From a virus (taxonomy: Duplodnaviria; Caudoviricetes): 56,052 bases of DNA. A model generated the notes under the pieces. The model was given only the letters and a program-made list of their open reading frames with translations. It had not been told where the DNA came from and searched no databases. The position numbers and the translations under genes were made by a program. Positions 36,637 to 46,076 of the stretch are shown here, in pieces. The stretch is taken from the IMG/VR virus record IMGVR_UViG_3300005764_000021, positions 1 through 56,052 of that record; one strand, given 5' to 3'. Position 1 is the stretch's first letter. Every line of letters begins with the position of its first letter.

Positions 36637-37016
36637 GGTGCCGCCGGTTCCCACTTGCGGATCGAGTAGGTCGACTGTCCGCCCGCGTTGTTGGTCGGGC
36701 CCTCGACGATTTCGTAATCGCCGCCTTCGATGTCGGTATCGGCATCGAAGTGCACATGATCGCCTTGCAGCGGCAGCGCGTGGCCTGCGTTGGTGAACTC
36801 GACGCTGCGGATATCCATCATCGTTTCCTGGTCGGAGATTTCGGAGATGACGATGCCCTCATCGTTCATCATCGTAAGCGGCCCGGAATTGAAGATGGCG
36901 CGCATGTCGCCGTATGCGCCGCCACTAGGATTCGACACGAGCGGCGTCACCGTGATCTGACGCGCGAACATGTCGAAGCAGTGCGAATAGAGCAGGGTTG
37001 AGAAGCTGACCGACAT
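36633..37016 (-). CDS. head-tail joining (gpFII-like) protein
   Basis: Synteny; PLQGDHV...YEIV...GG pattern. Confidence 0.7.
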   Translation of the reverse strand: MSVSFSTLLYSHCFDMFARQITVTPLVSNPSGGAYGDMRAIFNSGPLTMMNDEGIVISEISDQETMMDIRSVEFTNAGHALPLQGDHVHFDADTDIEGGDYEIVEGPTNNAGGQSTYSIRKWEPAAP

Positions 37017-37442
37017 TCACCAGGTCAATTTTTCCAGCATCATTTGCCGCATGCGACCGTGCAGCTCGTCTCCCAGCACCTGGCGCAAGATCGGCCGCAT
37101 CGACCAATGCCGATGTTGGCGGTAGACGAGGGCCTTGTGACGCTTATGTCTAATTGGGCGCTTCAAATTCTTGCGCACCGCGCGCAGGTAATGCCGCTGC
37201 TCTTTGAGCGTGAGCCCGACGCCCTCCGACTTGAGCATTTCGAGCAAGCTGTGCGGCCGGACTTTAGTCACCGCCTTTCCGGCGGCGCGAAAGCGCATCG
37301 TGAATGGCCGATGCCGGTGCAAGTCCTCGATTTGCCACGCCGACAATTCCGCGCCGAGATCGACGCGCTTAAAGTGCGCGATCTTGTCGTGCATGTCCTG
37401 CAGCGCTTTCTCGACCGCCGCAGTATCGATCTCGATTGGCAT
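37017..37442 (-). CDS. basic neck/tail-completion-like protein
   Basis: Synteny; RPILR near the C-terminus. Confidence 0.55.
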   Translation of the reverse strand: MPIEIDTAAVEKALQDMHDKIAHFKRVDLGAELSAWQIEDLHRHRPFTMRFRAAGKAVTKVRPHSLLEMLKSEGVGLTLKEQRHYLRAVRKNLKRPIRHKRHKALVYRQHRHWSMRPILRQVLGDELHGRMRQMMLEKLTW

Positions 37443-38114
37443 CTAAGCCCACAGCCTCATGTAATTGATCAGCAGCGCATCGACCGCTTGCATCGACGGC
37501 GACTTGCCAGCCATCCGCAGCAAGACTGCGTTGGGATCGAAGTACGTAACTCGGGCCTCTCTGTGGGAAATTTGGCGAATGCCCGCCACTTGCGCCGTGA
37601 CCAGGCGCATCTTGTATTCCATAATCAGAATCGCGCACGCCTGCTTGAGCGGCATCAGCTCCATGGACGAATCGCTCGGCAGATTGAAGCCGCCGGTATA
37701 GGTCACGATCACCGACTGCGGCCACGCCGAGCAGGTCGCATCATTGGGCGCGACGTAGGAAAGCTTGCCCGAGCGCTCATCAATCTCCCAGCCTAGCGCT
37801 TGAACGGCGCTGCCTTCCGAGACGGCGCTACCAGCGGCGACAACGGTTTCGACATCTGCTGCCTTCACCGGCCAATGTCTGAGCGCGAGCCGCCCGTTGA
37901 ATACGTCGCGCCAGGTCTCCGCCACGCGTTCGCGTCCGAACCTGCGATCACATTTGGTGGAGATGTAAGCCGAATAGGTCGAGATCAGCATCGAGACCAG
38001 CGCGTCCTGCGTCGTATCGGCCGGATTGATGCCGAGCAGCAGCTTGGCTTCGGCCAGCGTCATCAGATCGAAGCTCGGTGCTTCCGTCAGAATCTGTTCC
38101 GTGACATCGGCCAT
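37443..38114 (-). CDS. head-tail connector (HK97 gp6-like)
   Basis: LMTLAEAKLLLGI...D...CDRRF; VTYTGGF...LKQAC. Confidence 0.85.
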   Translation of the reverse strand: MADVTEQILTEAPSFDLMTLAEAKLLLGINPADTTQDALVSMLISTYSAYISTKCDRRFGRERVAETWRDVFNGRLALRHWPVKAADVETVVAAGSAVSEGSAVQALGWEIDERSGKLSYVAPNDATCSAWPQSVIVTYTGGFNLPSDSSMELMPLKQACAILIMEYKMRLVTAQVAGIRQISHREARVTYFDPNAVLLRMAGKSPSMQAVDALLINYMRLWA

Positions 38115-39529
38115 CAGTTCGTTTCTTCGTTGAACTGCTGGAACAGGCTGCGCAGTTCGAGCGCGGGCCCGTGCGTGCCGTCGGACATGACCGGAGTTGC
38201 GGTGTAGTGGACGCGGTCGAGCTTCCAGCTCCTCAACGTCGGAGCCGGTGCACCTGGCTTGCCGTCACTACCGGCCGGGCCTGGCGGCCCGCGTTCGCCC
38301 TTGGGACCAGCGATGCCACGCCCGCCCTGGCGGGCAATCATTTTCCAGCCATCGCCCGGCAGTGCTCCCGGATTATCGCGTCGCGCAATGAATGCCGCCC
38401 CGTCGGACACGACAATATCAAGTGCACGATAGTTTTCTTTGGCATCGTAAGTATCGCGGACCGTAGGCGAGACCGCATCTCGTCCGGCGGCAGCGACGCA
38501 AATCCAGTCGAATGTCGCGCCGGGGACCGAACCGGTGTCCTTGAGTGCTTGATAGGTGTTGTTGCCATGGACGACGATCTCGCCTTCATACGTCACATCA
38601 TCTTGCGTCCATCGTTTTACCTTCGGCAGCTTGCCGGGCGCACCCTCGGCACCGCGCGCGCCGGTCTCGCCGCAAGCGCCGTTCACACCAGGCAGCCCGG
38701 GTAACCCTTGCGGACCCGTCGGGCCCGCTTCGCCTTTGTCACCTTTTTCGCCTTGCGGCCCTTTGAGGCCTTGCGCGCCTTCTTGGCCCGGGATGCCGGG
38801 GACTCCTTGTTCTCCGACATCTCCCTTTTCGCCTTTCTCACCGCGCTCACCTTGCTCACCACGCTCACCGACAAAGCCCGGCGGTCCCGGTGGCCCGATT
38901 TCGCCTCGGAGTCCTTGCGGACCTGCGGGACCGGCGTCGCCTTTCTCGCCGGGCATGCCAACGCCATCGGCTCCGCGAATGCCGGGGAATCCGACATCAC
39001 CTTGAGGGCCAATCGGCCCTTGCATTCCTTGCTCGCCGCGTGGGCCGGGCGGGCCCGCTTCACCACGCTCGCCGCGTAGCCCGGACGCACCAACCGCACC
39101 GACCAGGCCGCGCGGGCCTGCAGGACCTTGCGGCCCCGGCAGACCTTGCGGGCCTCGCGGCCCGTCGTCGCCGTCGACGCCGTTAATTCCATCGGCACCG
39201 CGTTCACCGTCACGCCCTGGCGGCCCTACGGATCCACGTTCGCCATCACGCACCAGCGCCAGGCGCTCGGCCACCGCGCGCGCGACCTCGGCGGGCAGAT
39301 TGACGGCCTCGCCGCGCATCTGCACCAAGATCGATTGCGCCCGCGCTTCGATCTGCGCCAGGAATGACTGTACCCGCGCTTCCATCTGCGCGTGCTCGCG
39401 CGTCCAAATCCGCTGCTGCTCGGCGAGCGCCAGCGCTAACGCGTGATCCCAAATTTCAGGATAGGTGCCGCCGATTGATTCGGGCGGCGTTGTCGAAGAG
39501 CCGTTGTGCTGCGCGTCTGACATCGTCAT
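38114..39529 (-). CDS. collagen-like head/neck fibre protein
   Basis: ~200 aa of Gly-X-Y repeats followed by two small aromatic repeats (YEGEIVVHGNNTYQA; YRALDIVVSDGAAFIA). Confidence 0.85.
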   Translation of the reverse strand: MTMSDAQHNGSSTTPPESIGGTYPEIWDHALALALAEQQRIWTREHAQMEARVQSFLAQIEARAQSILVQMRGEAVNLPAEVARAVAERLALVRDGERGSVGPPGRDGERGADGINGVDGDDGPRGPQGLPGPQGPAGPRGLVGAVGASGLRGERGEAGPPGPRGEQGMQGPIGPQGDVGFPGIRGADGVGMPGEKGDAGPAGPQGLRGEIGPPGPPGFVGERGEQGERGEKGEKGDVGEQGVPGIPGQEGAQGLKGPQGEKGDKGEAGPTGPQGLPGLPGVNGACGETGARGAEGAPGKLPKVKRWTQDDVTYEGEIVVHGNNTYQALKDTGSVPGATFDWICVAAAGRDAVSPTVRDTYDAKENYRALDIVVSDGAAFIARRDNPGALPGDGWKMIARQGGRGIAGPKGERGPPGPAGSDGKPGAPAPTLRSWKLDRVHYTATPVMSDGTHGPALELRSLFQQFNEETN

Positions 39530-40889
39530 CTAGTGCTTTCGGAGTTGGTGGCAGCGTTGCTGCCGGAATTCCCGGCGCTGGTGGTCCCGCCGGTGGCCCA
39601 GCCGGATGTTGTCCCGGCAACGCAGGCATTTTGGCCGCGAATGACAATGGAATTTGTTGCTGTTGCATACGTGGCTCGCTGCCTGCGATCACATCATCAA
39701 GACCTTCTTTGTTGCGTGCTTCGTTAGGCGAGAGAATTCCGCCGGTCACCGCTTCCTTGAGTCCACGGATGCGATCCTTGAAATCTGATCGCAGCAGCGC
39801 AGCGGTGTCGAATTCGATGAACTCGTCCGGTTGGCCCTTCAGACCGAGCAGCCGTTCAAAAGCTTGTTCGCAATGATTGAGACAAAAACCGAGTCCAGTG
39901 GCCAGCCAGAACGTCATAAGCGCTTCGGTCGAACCAGCACTGCCGCCGAGCCCGAGCACCGCGAGCGGTATGCGGAACACCAGCGCGATATGCCCTTCTG
40001 CGACTTTCATGATTTCCGCAATCTGTGCATCACGCGGCGGCGATGCCCACGGATTGACTTTGAGCCCATGTGTGAGGATGGGGGTCTTTCCCTGATTGAT
40101 CCCGCGTGACTGCTCGTCCCATCTGTCGCGCAGCGCCGTCACCGTCGCCAGATCGAGCTGCAGGTCGGTCGAGATCACCGCCGAGGGCCGCGCCTGGTTC
40201 TGATAGAACTGCTGCTGCTGCGAATTGATGGAATCGCTCAAAACGATGTCGCTCATGGCCGCGAGCAGCGGCGATTGTCCCCACAACGGGAACGGATTTT
40301 GGCGGCTGCGGTCGGCATGCAAGCGGATGTGCAAGACATCGCGTTGCGGCACCAGGAGCGGTTCTGCGTTAGTCTCGCGCTCGATCACGCTATTGCCGAA
40401 GAGCCGATAAAAAACTTCACCGTTGACAGCGAGCTGCGGCGCGCACAGCCGCGAGTCCATCAGGTGCAGCTCCGAGACCTCGAAGCGAGAGTTGCGCAGC
40501 GCGAGCGCATAAGCATTGCCGTCCAAATATAATTGTCGGACGGCGTTGAGCATAAAGTCCGACGCGGTCTGATACGCGTTCGGCTTGCGCAGGATCCGCG
40601 AGGCTGCGCTGTTGGTGACGCGAGTATTGCCGCCCTTGTCGTTGAGCCGCCACTGATCGCCTTGGCACATGGCGACGGTCTGCGCGTATGCGCTGACACA
40701 CGCTTCGACCATCGCCGAGCGTGCGGGCGATGGAATGACGTTATAACCGAGCTGCCAAAAATTCGTCGGCGAGCCATCGGGCAACCAACCACCCGAAAGT
40801 GGCAGATAATATGGGCCGCTGCGATATCCTCCCTCGACGGCTTTTGCCGCCCAGCGCAGTCCGCCAGCTACAAGCGAGCGCGCTCCCAT
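39456..40889 (-). CDS. portal protein, HK97 family
   Basis: KPNAYQTASDF, LDGNAY, VLHIR, GQSPL, FRIP, LSPNEARNKEGL. Confidence 0.95.
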   Translation of the reverse strand: MGARSLVAGGLRWAAKAVEGGYRSGPYYLPLSGGWLPDGSPTNFWQLGYNVIPSPARSAMVEACVSAYAQTVAMCQGDQWRLNDKGGNTRVTNSAASRILRKPNAYQTASDFMLNAVRQLYLDGNAYALALRNSRFEVSELHLMDSRLCAPQLAVNGEVFYRLFGNSVIERETNAEPLLVPQRDVLHIRLHADRSRQNPFPLWGQSPLLAAMSDIVLSDSINSQQQQFYQNQARPSAVISTDLQLDLATVTALRDRWDEQSRGINQGKTPILTHGLKVNPWASPPRDAQIAEIMKVAEGHIALVFRIPLAVLGLGGSAGSTEALMTFWLATGLGFCLNHCEQAFERLLGLKGQPDEFIEFDTAALLRSDFKDRIRGLKEAVTGGILSPNEARNKEGLDDVIAGSEPRMQQQQIPLSFAAKMPALPGQHPAGPPAGPPAPGIPAATLPPTPKALDDDVRRAAQRLFDNAARINRRHLS

Positions 40890-40923
40890 TCACGTTGGAT
40901 CCATGCTAACGATTTCAGTGTCT

Positions 40924-41030
40924 GGCCCGGCGTGGCAGGGCGGGGCGGGGTTGGGCCTGGTCCGGCGAGGCGGGGTGTGGCAAGGCAAGGCAGGGAGGGA
41001 GCACCGTTTAACGACGGTGCTCCCGTATTT
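40924..41030. repeat. GGYNN pentamer array 3 (14 units) + hairpin
   Basis: Array 40924-40993; stem GGGAGCACCGT-TTAACG-ACGGTGCTCCC 40997-41024; then GTATTTTT. Confidence 0.95.
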
Positions 41031-41051
41031 TTGTATTATGCAATTGCATCG

Positions 41052-41163
41052 GGCCGGGCGGGGTACGGTGTGGCGCGGCCAGGCAAGGTGTGGTGCGGCA
41101 TGGCGGGGCGTGGCGAGGTATGGCAAGGAGGGAGCGCCGTCACAAGCGGCGCTCCCGCATTTT
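41052..41163. repeat. GGYNN pentamer array 4 (15 units) + hairpin
   Basis: Array 41052-41126; stem GGGAGCGCCGT-CACAA-GCGGCGCTCCC 41130-41156; then GCATTTT. Confidence 0.95.
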
Positions 41164-41164
41164 A

Positions 41165-41380
41165 TCACCCAGGCTTCACTTGCCGGGTCTGATAGGTCTG
41201 GGCGGCGGGCTTTTTCTCGGCTTGCATTGCTTTGCTGCCGAGATGCGATTGCTCCCGCGCCTTCGCGTTGGCTTCCTCGAATGGATCCGGTCCCGATCCG
41301 TCGTCTTCGTGTTCGAGAATATGCTCGCCCAGTGCGGCGCGATCATTCTCATCCTGTGTGGGTGTAGGTCTCGGAGGCAT
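41165..41380 (-). CDS. small protein following the major capsid gene
   Basis: AAGGGAG SD; PRPTPTQDENDRAALG. Confidence 0.7.
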   Translation of the reverse strand: MPPRPTPTQDENDRAALGEHILEHEDDGSGPDPFEEANAKAREQSHLGSKAMQAEKKPAAQTYQTRQVKPG

Positions 41381-41450
41381 GTCTCGGCTCCCTTTTGTGG
41401 ACGAAGATTGCGCGGGCGGAGATACCCGCCCGCGTTAGCTTTGATTCGCG

Positions 41451-43853
41451 TTAGGACCAGGTTACGTTCTGGGTCCACGCAACCGTGCCCGCGCGCCGTT
41501 GAATCCAATTCAAAGGCATCACCATCCTTAAGGCGATACTATCTGTTTGGAATAGCGACCTTTGGGGAGCTGCGACCGTGCTTGGAGACGCCACCAATTC
41601 AAGTGGGGTCGTATCTTCCATGTGGAGAGTCGCCTGGTCCGAAGTTTCTAGCCTCGGAGCCCCGCCGCCAACTACGACAAAGTCCGCGGCGTCGACGAGG
41701 ATCATTGTCTTCGCTGGCACCGTTGCCGAGTCGATTACCGGCACCGTATTGAGTGTTCCGCCGCGAATCTCCTCGCGGAACGGGAAGATGCCGGTGTTGG
41801 TCGCCTGCGTCAACGTCACTGCGAGGATGTCCGACGGGTTCATCAGGAACACCGGCGAACGCAGATTGCCGTAGGTACTCACCGTGAGCGCACCGATGAG
41901 CGCCTTGATGTCGCCGATCAAGGCCGCCATGCCGCCGCCCGCCGTCGCCGTTGTCACGGTGACGCCGTTGAGCAGCCCGGCGGGCCGAACCGCCGTCGCC
42001 GCGTTCGCGTCGATCAGCACGCTGTCGACTGCAACGCTGGTGTCTTGCTGGATCGCCTCGCGAATCAATCCCTCGATTGCAGGGATGGAATGATCCGCCA
42101 TCTCACGGGTCCACACGCTGATGACCGCGAGTTTCTTTGGCACGACCGTCTGCGAGGTGAACGCACCTTGCCGCACGGGAATCGCGAGACCTTCGCCGAC
42201 GAACGAGCCTGCGATGGTTGGCGTGCGTGAGCGGGTCGGAATGATGATGCGTCCGGTGTTACCGAAGTTCAGCGTCATTCCTTTTGCTGAGAGTCGCGTG
42301 AGGATCGCGGCGGGCATTAAAAGCGGCATCAGATCGGCGTAATCTGTCTGCACCAGCTCCTGGGCCCAGCCCGCGACTGTCGTGATCGCGGGTGCCGAGG
42401 CCGCACGCAGAATCAGCTCGCACGAGATTTTGGTCTCGTCGTCGCCGTACTGCGGACGTTGCTCCGCGATCTTGAGCCGGGTCTCCTCCAGCGATTTACC
42501 CCACTGCTTGGCGAAGTGTGCGACCGCGCCAGCCCGCACGAGGTAATCGACGTAATCGACCTGATCACGGCGACTCTTCTTGGCCGTTGCGAAGATCGGA
42601 GCGGCTTTCGCGGGCTCCGGCGGCGGCGGCGGCGTGAACACGGTCATCGCGCGGCTCGCCGCGTGCCCGTTGCCGCCATTCACAGACTTGGCCAACAGCC
42701 GCTCCGACTCCGTCAACGCATTGAGCTGCTTCTCGAGCCCGGCGATGGTGGTGTTGAGGTCTGTGGCCTTCTGCATCTGGTCATCGCTGATGTTGGTTTG
42801 ATCAACCGACTCCCAGTGCTCTTCGAGTGCGTCCTTGTTCTCGTTCAGGAGAGCTTGGACGGCAGTGATACGTTCGGAAAGCGGCGTCATGACGCGGCTC
42901 CCATTCTTACGAGACGTTTTGGCATGCTTGCCAGTGAGCCCACGCCGCTCGACCTGGTCTCTATTGCCATGCTTGGCGAAAACCAGGTCCATTGTCGCAG
43001 GACTAATGCCCAGCGATTTGGAAACCGCCAGCGCATTTGCGTTAGCCGGGATTGAAACCAGCGAGGTTTCGACCAGCTCGGCTTTAAGGTATTTGCGACC
43101 GCTGAACGGATTCTTCTTGTCCAGCGGTTCGCTTTCGATATCGCGGAAGCCGACCGAGACGGCCTTTAAGATACCTGCCTCGATTAGCTTTCGAATTTCA
43201 TCGATACGGTTTGAGGTGCCCTCCGGTGCCATTATCAGCTTGCCGCGCAAAGCCCCTTTATCGACCTTTAATCCATCCCATCTGCCGATCGGAAACGAAG
43301 GATTATGATTAAACAATGCGACCGGATTTTTCCTGAACGAGGCGATATCCCAGCCATCGGCCTTGATGATGTCACCCATCCGGTCGATGCTTTCATCCGA
43401 TAGCACGAAGTCCATTCCTTGCACGGTCTCGGCGTGAGTTTTTTGAATAACGCGATGCATGCCGGACGCTCGTTCCTGCGAATCCTCCCATGCCATGCGG
43501 CACAGGTTCTCGGCGCGGTCGGGGTCATCTTCCATACCCCATTCGTCGGCGAGTTCGTCAGTGCATCGGTCCATGAAATCGCTCTCGGATTCGCCCTCTT
43601 CGGGGTCCGGCACGTCGCGATCAACTTGATCGTCATCTTGCTTTGCCGTCACGCGTGGCGCGCTCGCGCCGAGGTCGGCATCGGCGCTCTTCGGTGCGGA
43701 GCCGCCGTGGGCTTCGCGCCAGGCGTTGAAGCACATCGCGACGGCTTGCTCTTGTGTGCGATCTTCCGGCGCGCCTGTGCCGTAGGCCTCGTGCATGCAG
43801 CGAGCCATGAACGCGTCTTGCTTTTCGTCCTTGCGTGGTTTGGGTAACGGCAT
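41451..43853 (-). CDS. prohead protease-major capsid protein fusion (HK97 fold)
   Basis: DRMGD...LFNHN...PIGRW...VSVGF...ETSLVSIPAN protease motifs; coiled-coil scaffold; FVGEG...PKKLA...SLFQTD capsid motifs. Confidence 0.95.
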   Translation of the reverse strand: MPLPKPRKDEKQDAFMARCMHEAYGTGAPEDRTQEQAVAMCFNAWREAHGGSAPKSADADLGASAPRVTAKQDDDQVDRDVPDPEEGESESDFMDRCTDELADEWGMEDDPDRAENLCRMAWEDSQERASGMHRVIQKTHAETVQGMDFVLSDESIDRMGDIIKADGWDIASFRKNPVALFNHNPSFPIGRWDGLKVDKGALRGKLIMAPEGTSNRIDEIRKLIEAGILKAVSVGFRDIESEPLDKKNPFSGRKYLKAELVETSLVSIPANANALAVSKSLGISPATMDLVFAKHGNRDQVERRGLTGKHAKTSRKNGSRVMTPLSERITAVQALLNENKDALEEHWESVDQTNISDDQMQKATDLNTTIAGLEKQLNALTESERLLAKSVNGGNGHAASRAMTVFTPPPPPEPAKAAPIFATAKKSRRDQVDYVDYLVRAGAVAHFAKQWGKSLEETRLKIAEQRPQYGDDETKISCELILRAASAPAITTVAGWAQELVQTDYADLMPLLMPAAILTRLSAKGMTLNFGNTGRIIIPTRSRTPTIAGSFVGEGLAIPVRQGAFTSQTVVPKKLAVISVWTREMADHSIPAIEGLIREAIQQDTSVAVDSVLIDANAATAVRPAGLLNGVTVTTATAGGGMAALIGDIKALIGALTVSTYGNLRSPVFLMNPSDILAVTLTQATNTGIFPFREEIRGGTLNTVPVIDSATVPAKTMILVDAADFVVVGGGAPRLETSDQATLHMEDTTPLELVASPSTVAAPQRSLFQTDSIALRMVMPLNWIQRRAGTVAWTQNVTWS

Positions 43854-43912
43854 GGCAGCCTCCCTCGCGCGCGAGATGCGCGACTAGCATCGGCGGGGAT
43901 TTGAAAGCCGAA

Positions 43913-44083
43913 TTACTTCGACGGCGGTTCTGGTTTTTTGACCAGCTCGGGGAACGCCTTGGCGACGCCCTCGATCATCCGATCCATTTCTTCCCTGGTC
44001 ATGCGGTCGGGCTCGTCGGGGTCTTCGAGCCACGGCACTGATGCCGACGGGATCGGCGGCTTAGGCGGCTTGCGGGACGGCAT
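43913..44083 (-). CDS. small hypothetical protein (56 aa)
   Basis: GAGG SD then ATG 44083, overlapping the end of the upstream gene. Confidence 0.5.
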   Translation of the reverse strand: MPSRKPPKPPIPSASVPWLEDPDEPDRMTREEMDRMIEGVAKAFPELVKKPEPPSK

Positions 44084-46076
44084 GCTCGGCCTCGTATTTC
44101 GCCATCGACTTCTCGTAGTCGGTCGCCACATCCTTGGAGCGACCGCCCATGTATTTGTACAGCACCTTCTCCGGGTTCCACCAGGTGGCCTGCGCCGCCG
44201 CTGGTTCTAGCTTGATGCCCTGCGCCGCCAGCTTGCCGAGCGCCATGTTGAACACGCGAGTGATGTATTCGCGTTGTTCGGCCCCGCGCGGAGCCTCGAC
44301 CATCTTGCCGCCGTAGCTGTCGACGAAGCGCTCGGCGGCATAGACCAGCTCGCTCTTGCTGCGCGCGCCGGATTTGTATTCGGCCTGATGCTCGGCGTAG
44401 TTTTTCTCGTGCTCGTCGTAGACCTCGTTGGCGATCTTGTTGAGCGCTTCCATGCTAGCCGGTGCTCGACGGCCTTCCTCTTTGAGCGCGTTGCGCAGCC
44501 GGTCGGCGATTGGCTCCATGTCAGGCTGACCGACGCCGGTGTTGGTCATGCGGCCCCAGGCGCGCATGAACCAGATGTCCATCGTCAGCGGCTTAAAGTT
44601 GCCGTTGAGGTTCTGATAGAAGCCGAGACCGATCTTCGGGCCGAGCACGGCCGAGCCGTTGACGACATCGTCCATCGATGTTCTGCCGACCTTGTAGCCG
44701 GTGATCTGCTTCAGCTCGCGCACGGTCATCTCCTTGTTGAAGAATGTGCGCGTGCCGTCGAGACCGAACTTGGCCACAAATTTGTTGAGCTTTTCCATGT
44801 TGCCGTTGATGCCGGAATTCTTGACCTTCATGTCGGTGGGGAATTGTCCCGTCCGGCTGAAATGGCTGTAGGCCTCCTCGGCCAGGCGCACGTTGCTGTC
44901 GACGACTTCGCCCTGACTGGTGACCGCCAGCGCCGCGATGTAGGCGAAGTGCTTGTCCGGGTCGCGCGCGATCTCGGGGTGCATGCGCTCGGCGATCTTC
45001 ATCGCCGCTTTCATCTTGTCCGAGTACCAGGTCGGGGAGCTGTGACCGTTGTTCAGTCCGGCCTTGAGATCGGCAGCGATAGCGTCGGCCAGATAGTTGT
45101 CGGTCTCGGGCGTCGACTCTTCGAGCGAGGATTTGCCGAAGCGCTCTTGCAGCACTTTGCCAGCGCGGTCGTTGAGCTGCTGCGCGACGTCGTGGACGGC
45201 AATCGAGTTCGGCTTGGCCGCCGTCGTGCCGATCATGATGCTGTCGGCGGTGAGCGGGTGGGGCCGCGCTAGCTCTTCGCCCCACCGATTATGAATCCGG
45301 TCCCAGGTTGCTTGACTTCCTTGAACCGGGGATTGGCGGATAATTTGCTCATAAGCTCGTCGCGCGTCGTCGCGCTGCTCGCGGTCGCTGCCGGTGTCTT
45401 GCTGGGTGCCGATGAATTCCGCGCGTCCGTGCGTGTATTCAACGGTGGCTGTCCCGGAGGCTTTGGCAACTGCGTCATGGAGCTTTCCATCGAGGTCTGC
45501 GACGTAGACGGTCGCGCCCTTCTCATGGGGAACCAGGGTGTGGAATGCAAGCCCGTCGGCCAGCAAACCCTCGTGGATTTTTTGGATATCGCCGGGGGCC
45601 TCGAACTTGTAGAGCACCGCCGGGCCCGCAGCTTCGCCGCGAAACAGCAGCACTTGCTTCTGGTCGCCGAGGTGGCCCTTCATGGCCCCGGCCAGGCGTA
45701 GCTGGTCCCAGCTCGCACCCTTGGCGACCGACATTACCGAATTCTCTGCACCGTCCTTCCAGGCCCCGATGATGTCGTGGTCCTCGGCCTGGATCCCGAG
45801 TGTGCGGTCGATCTCGCCCGAGGCCTGCTTGAGCGCGCCCTGCCGCTCGCTGCCGAGCGCCTGGTGCGCGAGGTTCAATCCGAGCGTCGCGGTGTTGGGC
45901 GAGACAAACTCGATGCCCTCCTCGTGTGCTCCCGGCCGCGAGCCCTCGAACCTGCCGGTGGTCGGGTCCTGGATGTAGTCGACGTCGCGCTTCTCGTGCC
46001 ACGCCTTGTCCCCTGCGGGATGCCAGTCGAATTTATCGTCATCGCCCCAATGAAAGCGCTCGGCCCGGAATGTCAT
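44061..46076 (-). CDS. two-domain protein; C-terminal HhH-GPD/DNA-glycosylase-like domain
   Basis: WY...LAVTSQ...N...GPKIG...FYQN...TMDIWFMR...QATWW; N-terminal DPTTGRF leader. Confidence 0.7.
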   Translation of the reverse strand: MTFRAERFHWGDDDKFDWHPAGDKAWHEKRDVDYIQDPTTGRFEGSRPGAHEEGIEFVSPNTATLGLNLAHQALGSERQGALKQASGEIDRTLGIQAEDHDIIGAWKDGAENSVMSVAKGASWDQLRLAGAMKGHLGDQKQVLLFRGEAAGPAVLYKFEAPGDIQKIHEGLLADGLAFHTLVPHEKGATVYVADLDGKLHDAVAKASGTATVEYTHGRAEFIGTQQDTGSDREQRDDARRAYEQIIRQSPVQGSQATWDRIHNRWGEELARPHPLTADSIMIGTTAAKPNSIAVHDVAQQLNDRAGKVLQERFGKSSLEESTPETDNYLADAIAADLKAGLNNGHSSPTWYSDKMKAAMKIAERMHPEIARDPDKHFAYIAALAVTSQGEVVDSNVRLAEEAYSHFSRTGQFPTDMKVKNSGINGNMEKLNKFVAKFGLDGTRTFFNKEMTVRELKQITGYKVGRTSMDDVVNGSAVLGPKIGLGFYQNLNGNFKPLTMDIWFMRAWGRMTNTGVGQPDMEPIADRLRNALKEEGRRAPASMEALNKIANEVYDEHEKNYAEHQAEYKSGARSKSELVYAAERFVDSYGGKMVEAPRGAEQREYITRVFNMALGKLAAQGIKLEPAAAQATWWNPEKVLYKYMGGRSKDVATDYEKSMAKYEAEHAVPQAA

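Noticed and set aside
38640-39240. 9-nt periodic GC-rich DNA repeats
   Set aside because: Fully explained by collagen Gly-X-Y coding
40924-41163. CRISPR array interpretation of the hairpin/array repeats
   Set aside because: Only two tandem units, the repeats are not identical, the 'spacers' are periodic pentamers, and no cas genes are present
40890-41168. 92-aa ORF (and 50989-51186, 7017-7352) spanning the pentamer arrays
   Set aside because: Open frames result from stop-poor repeats; the translations are low-complexity with no clear SD
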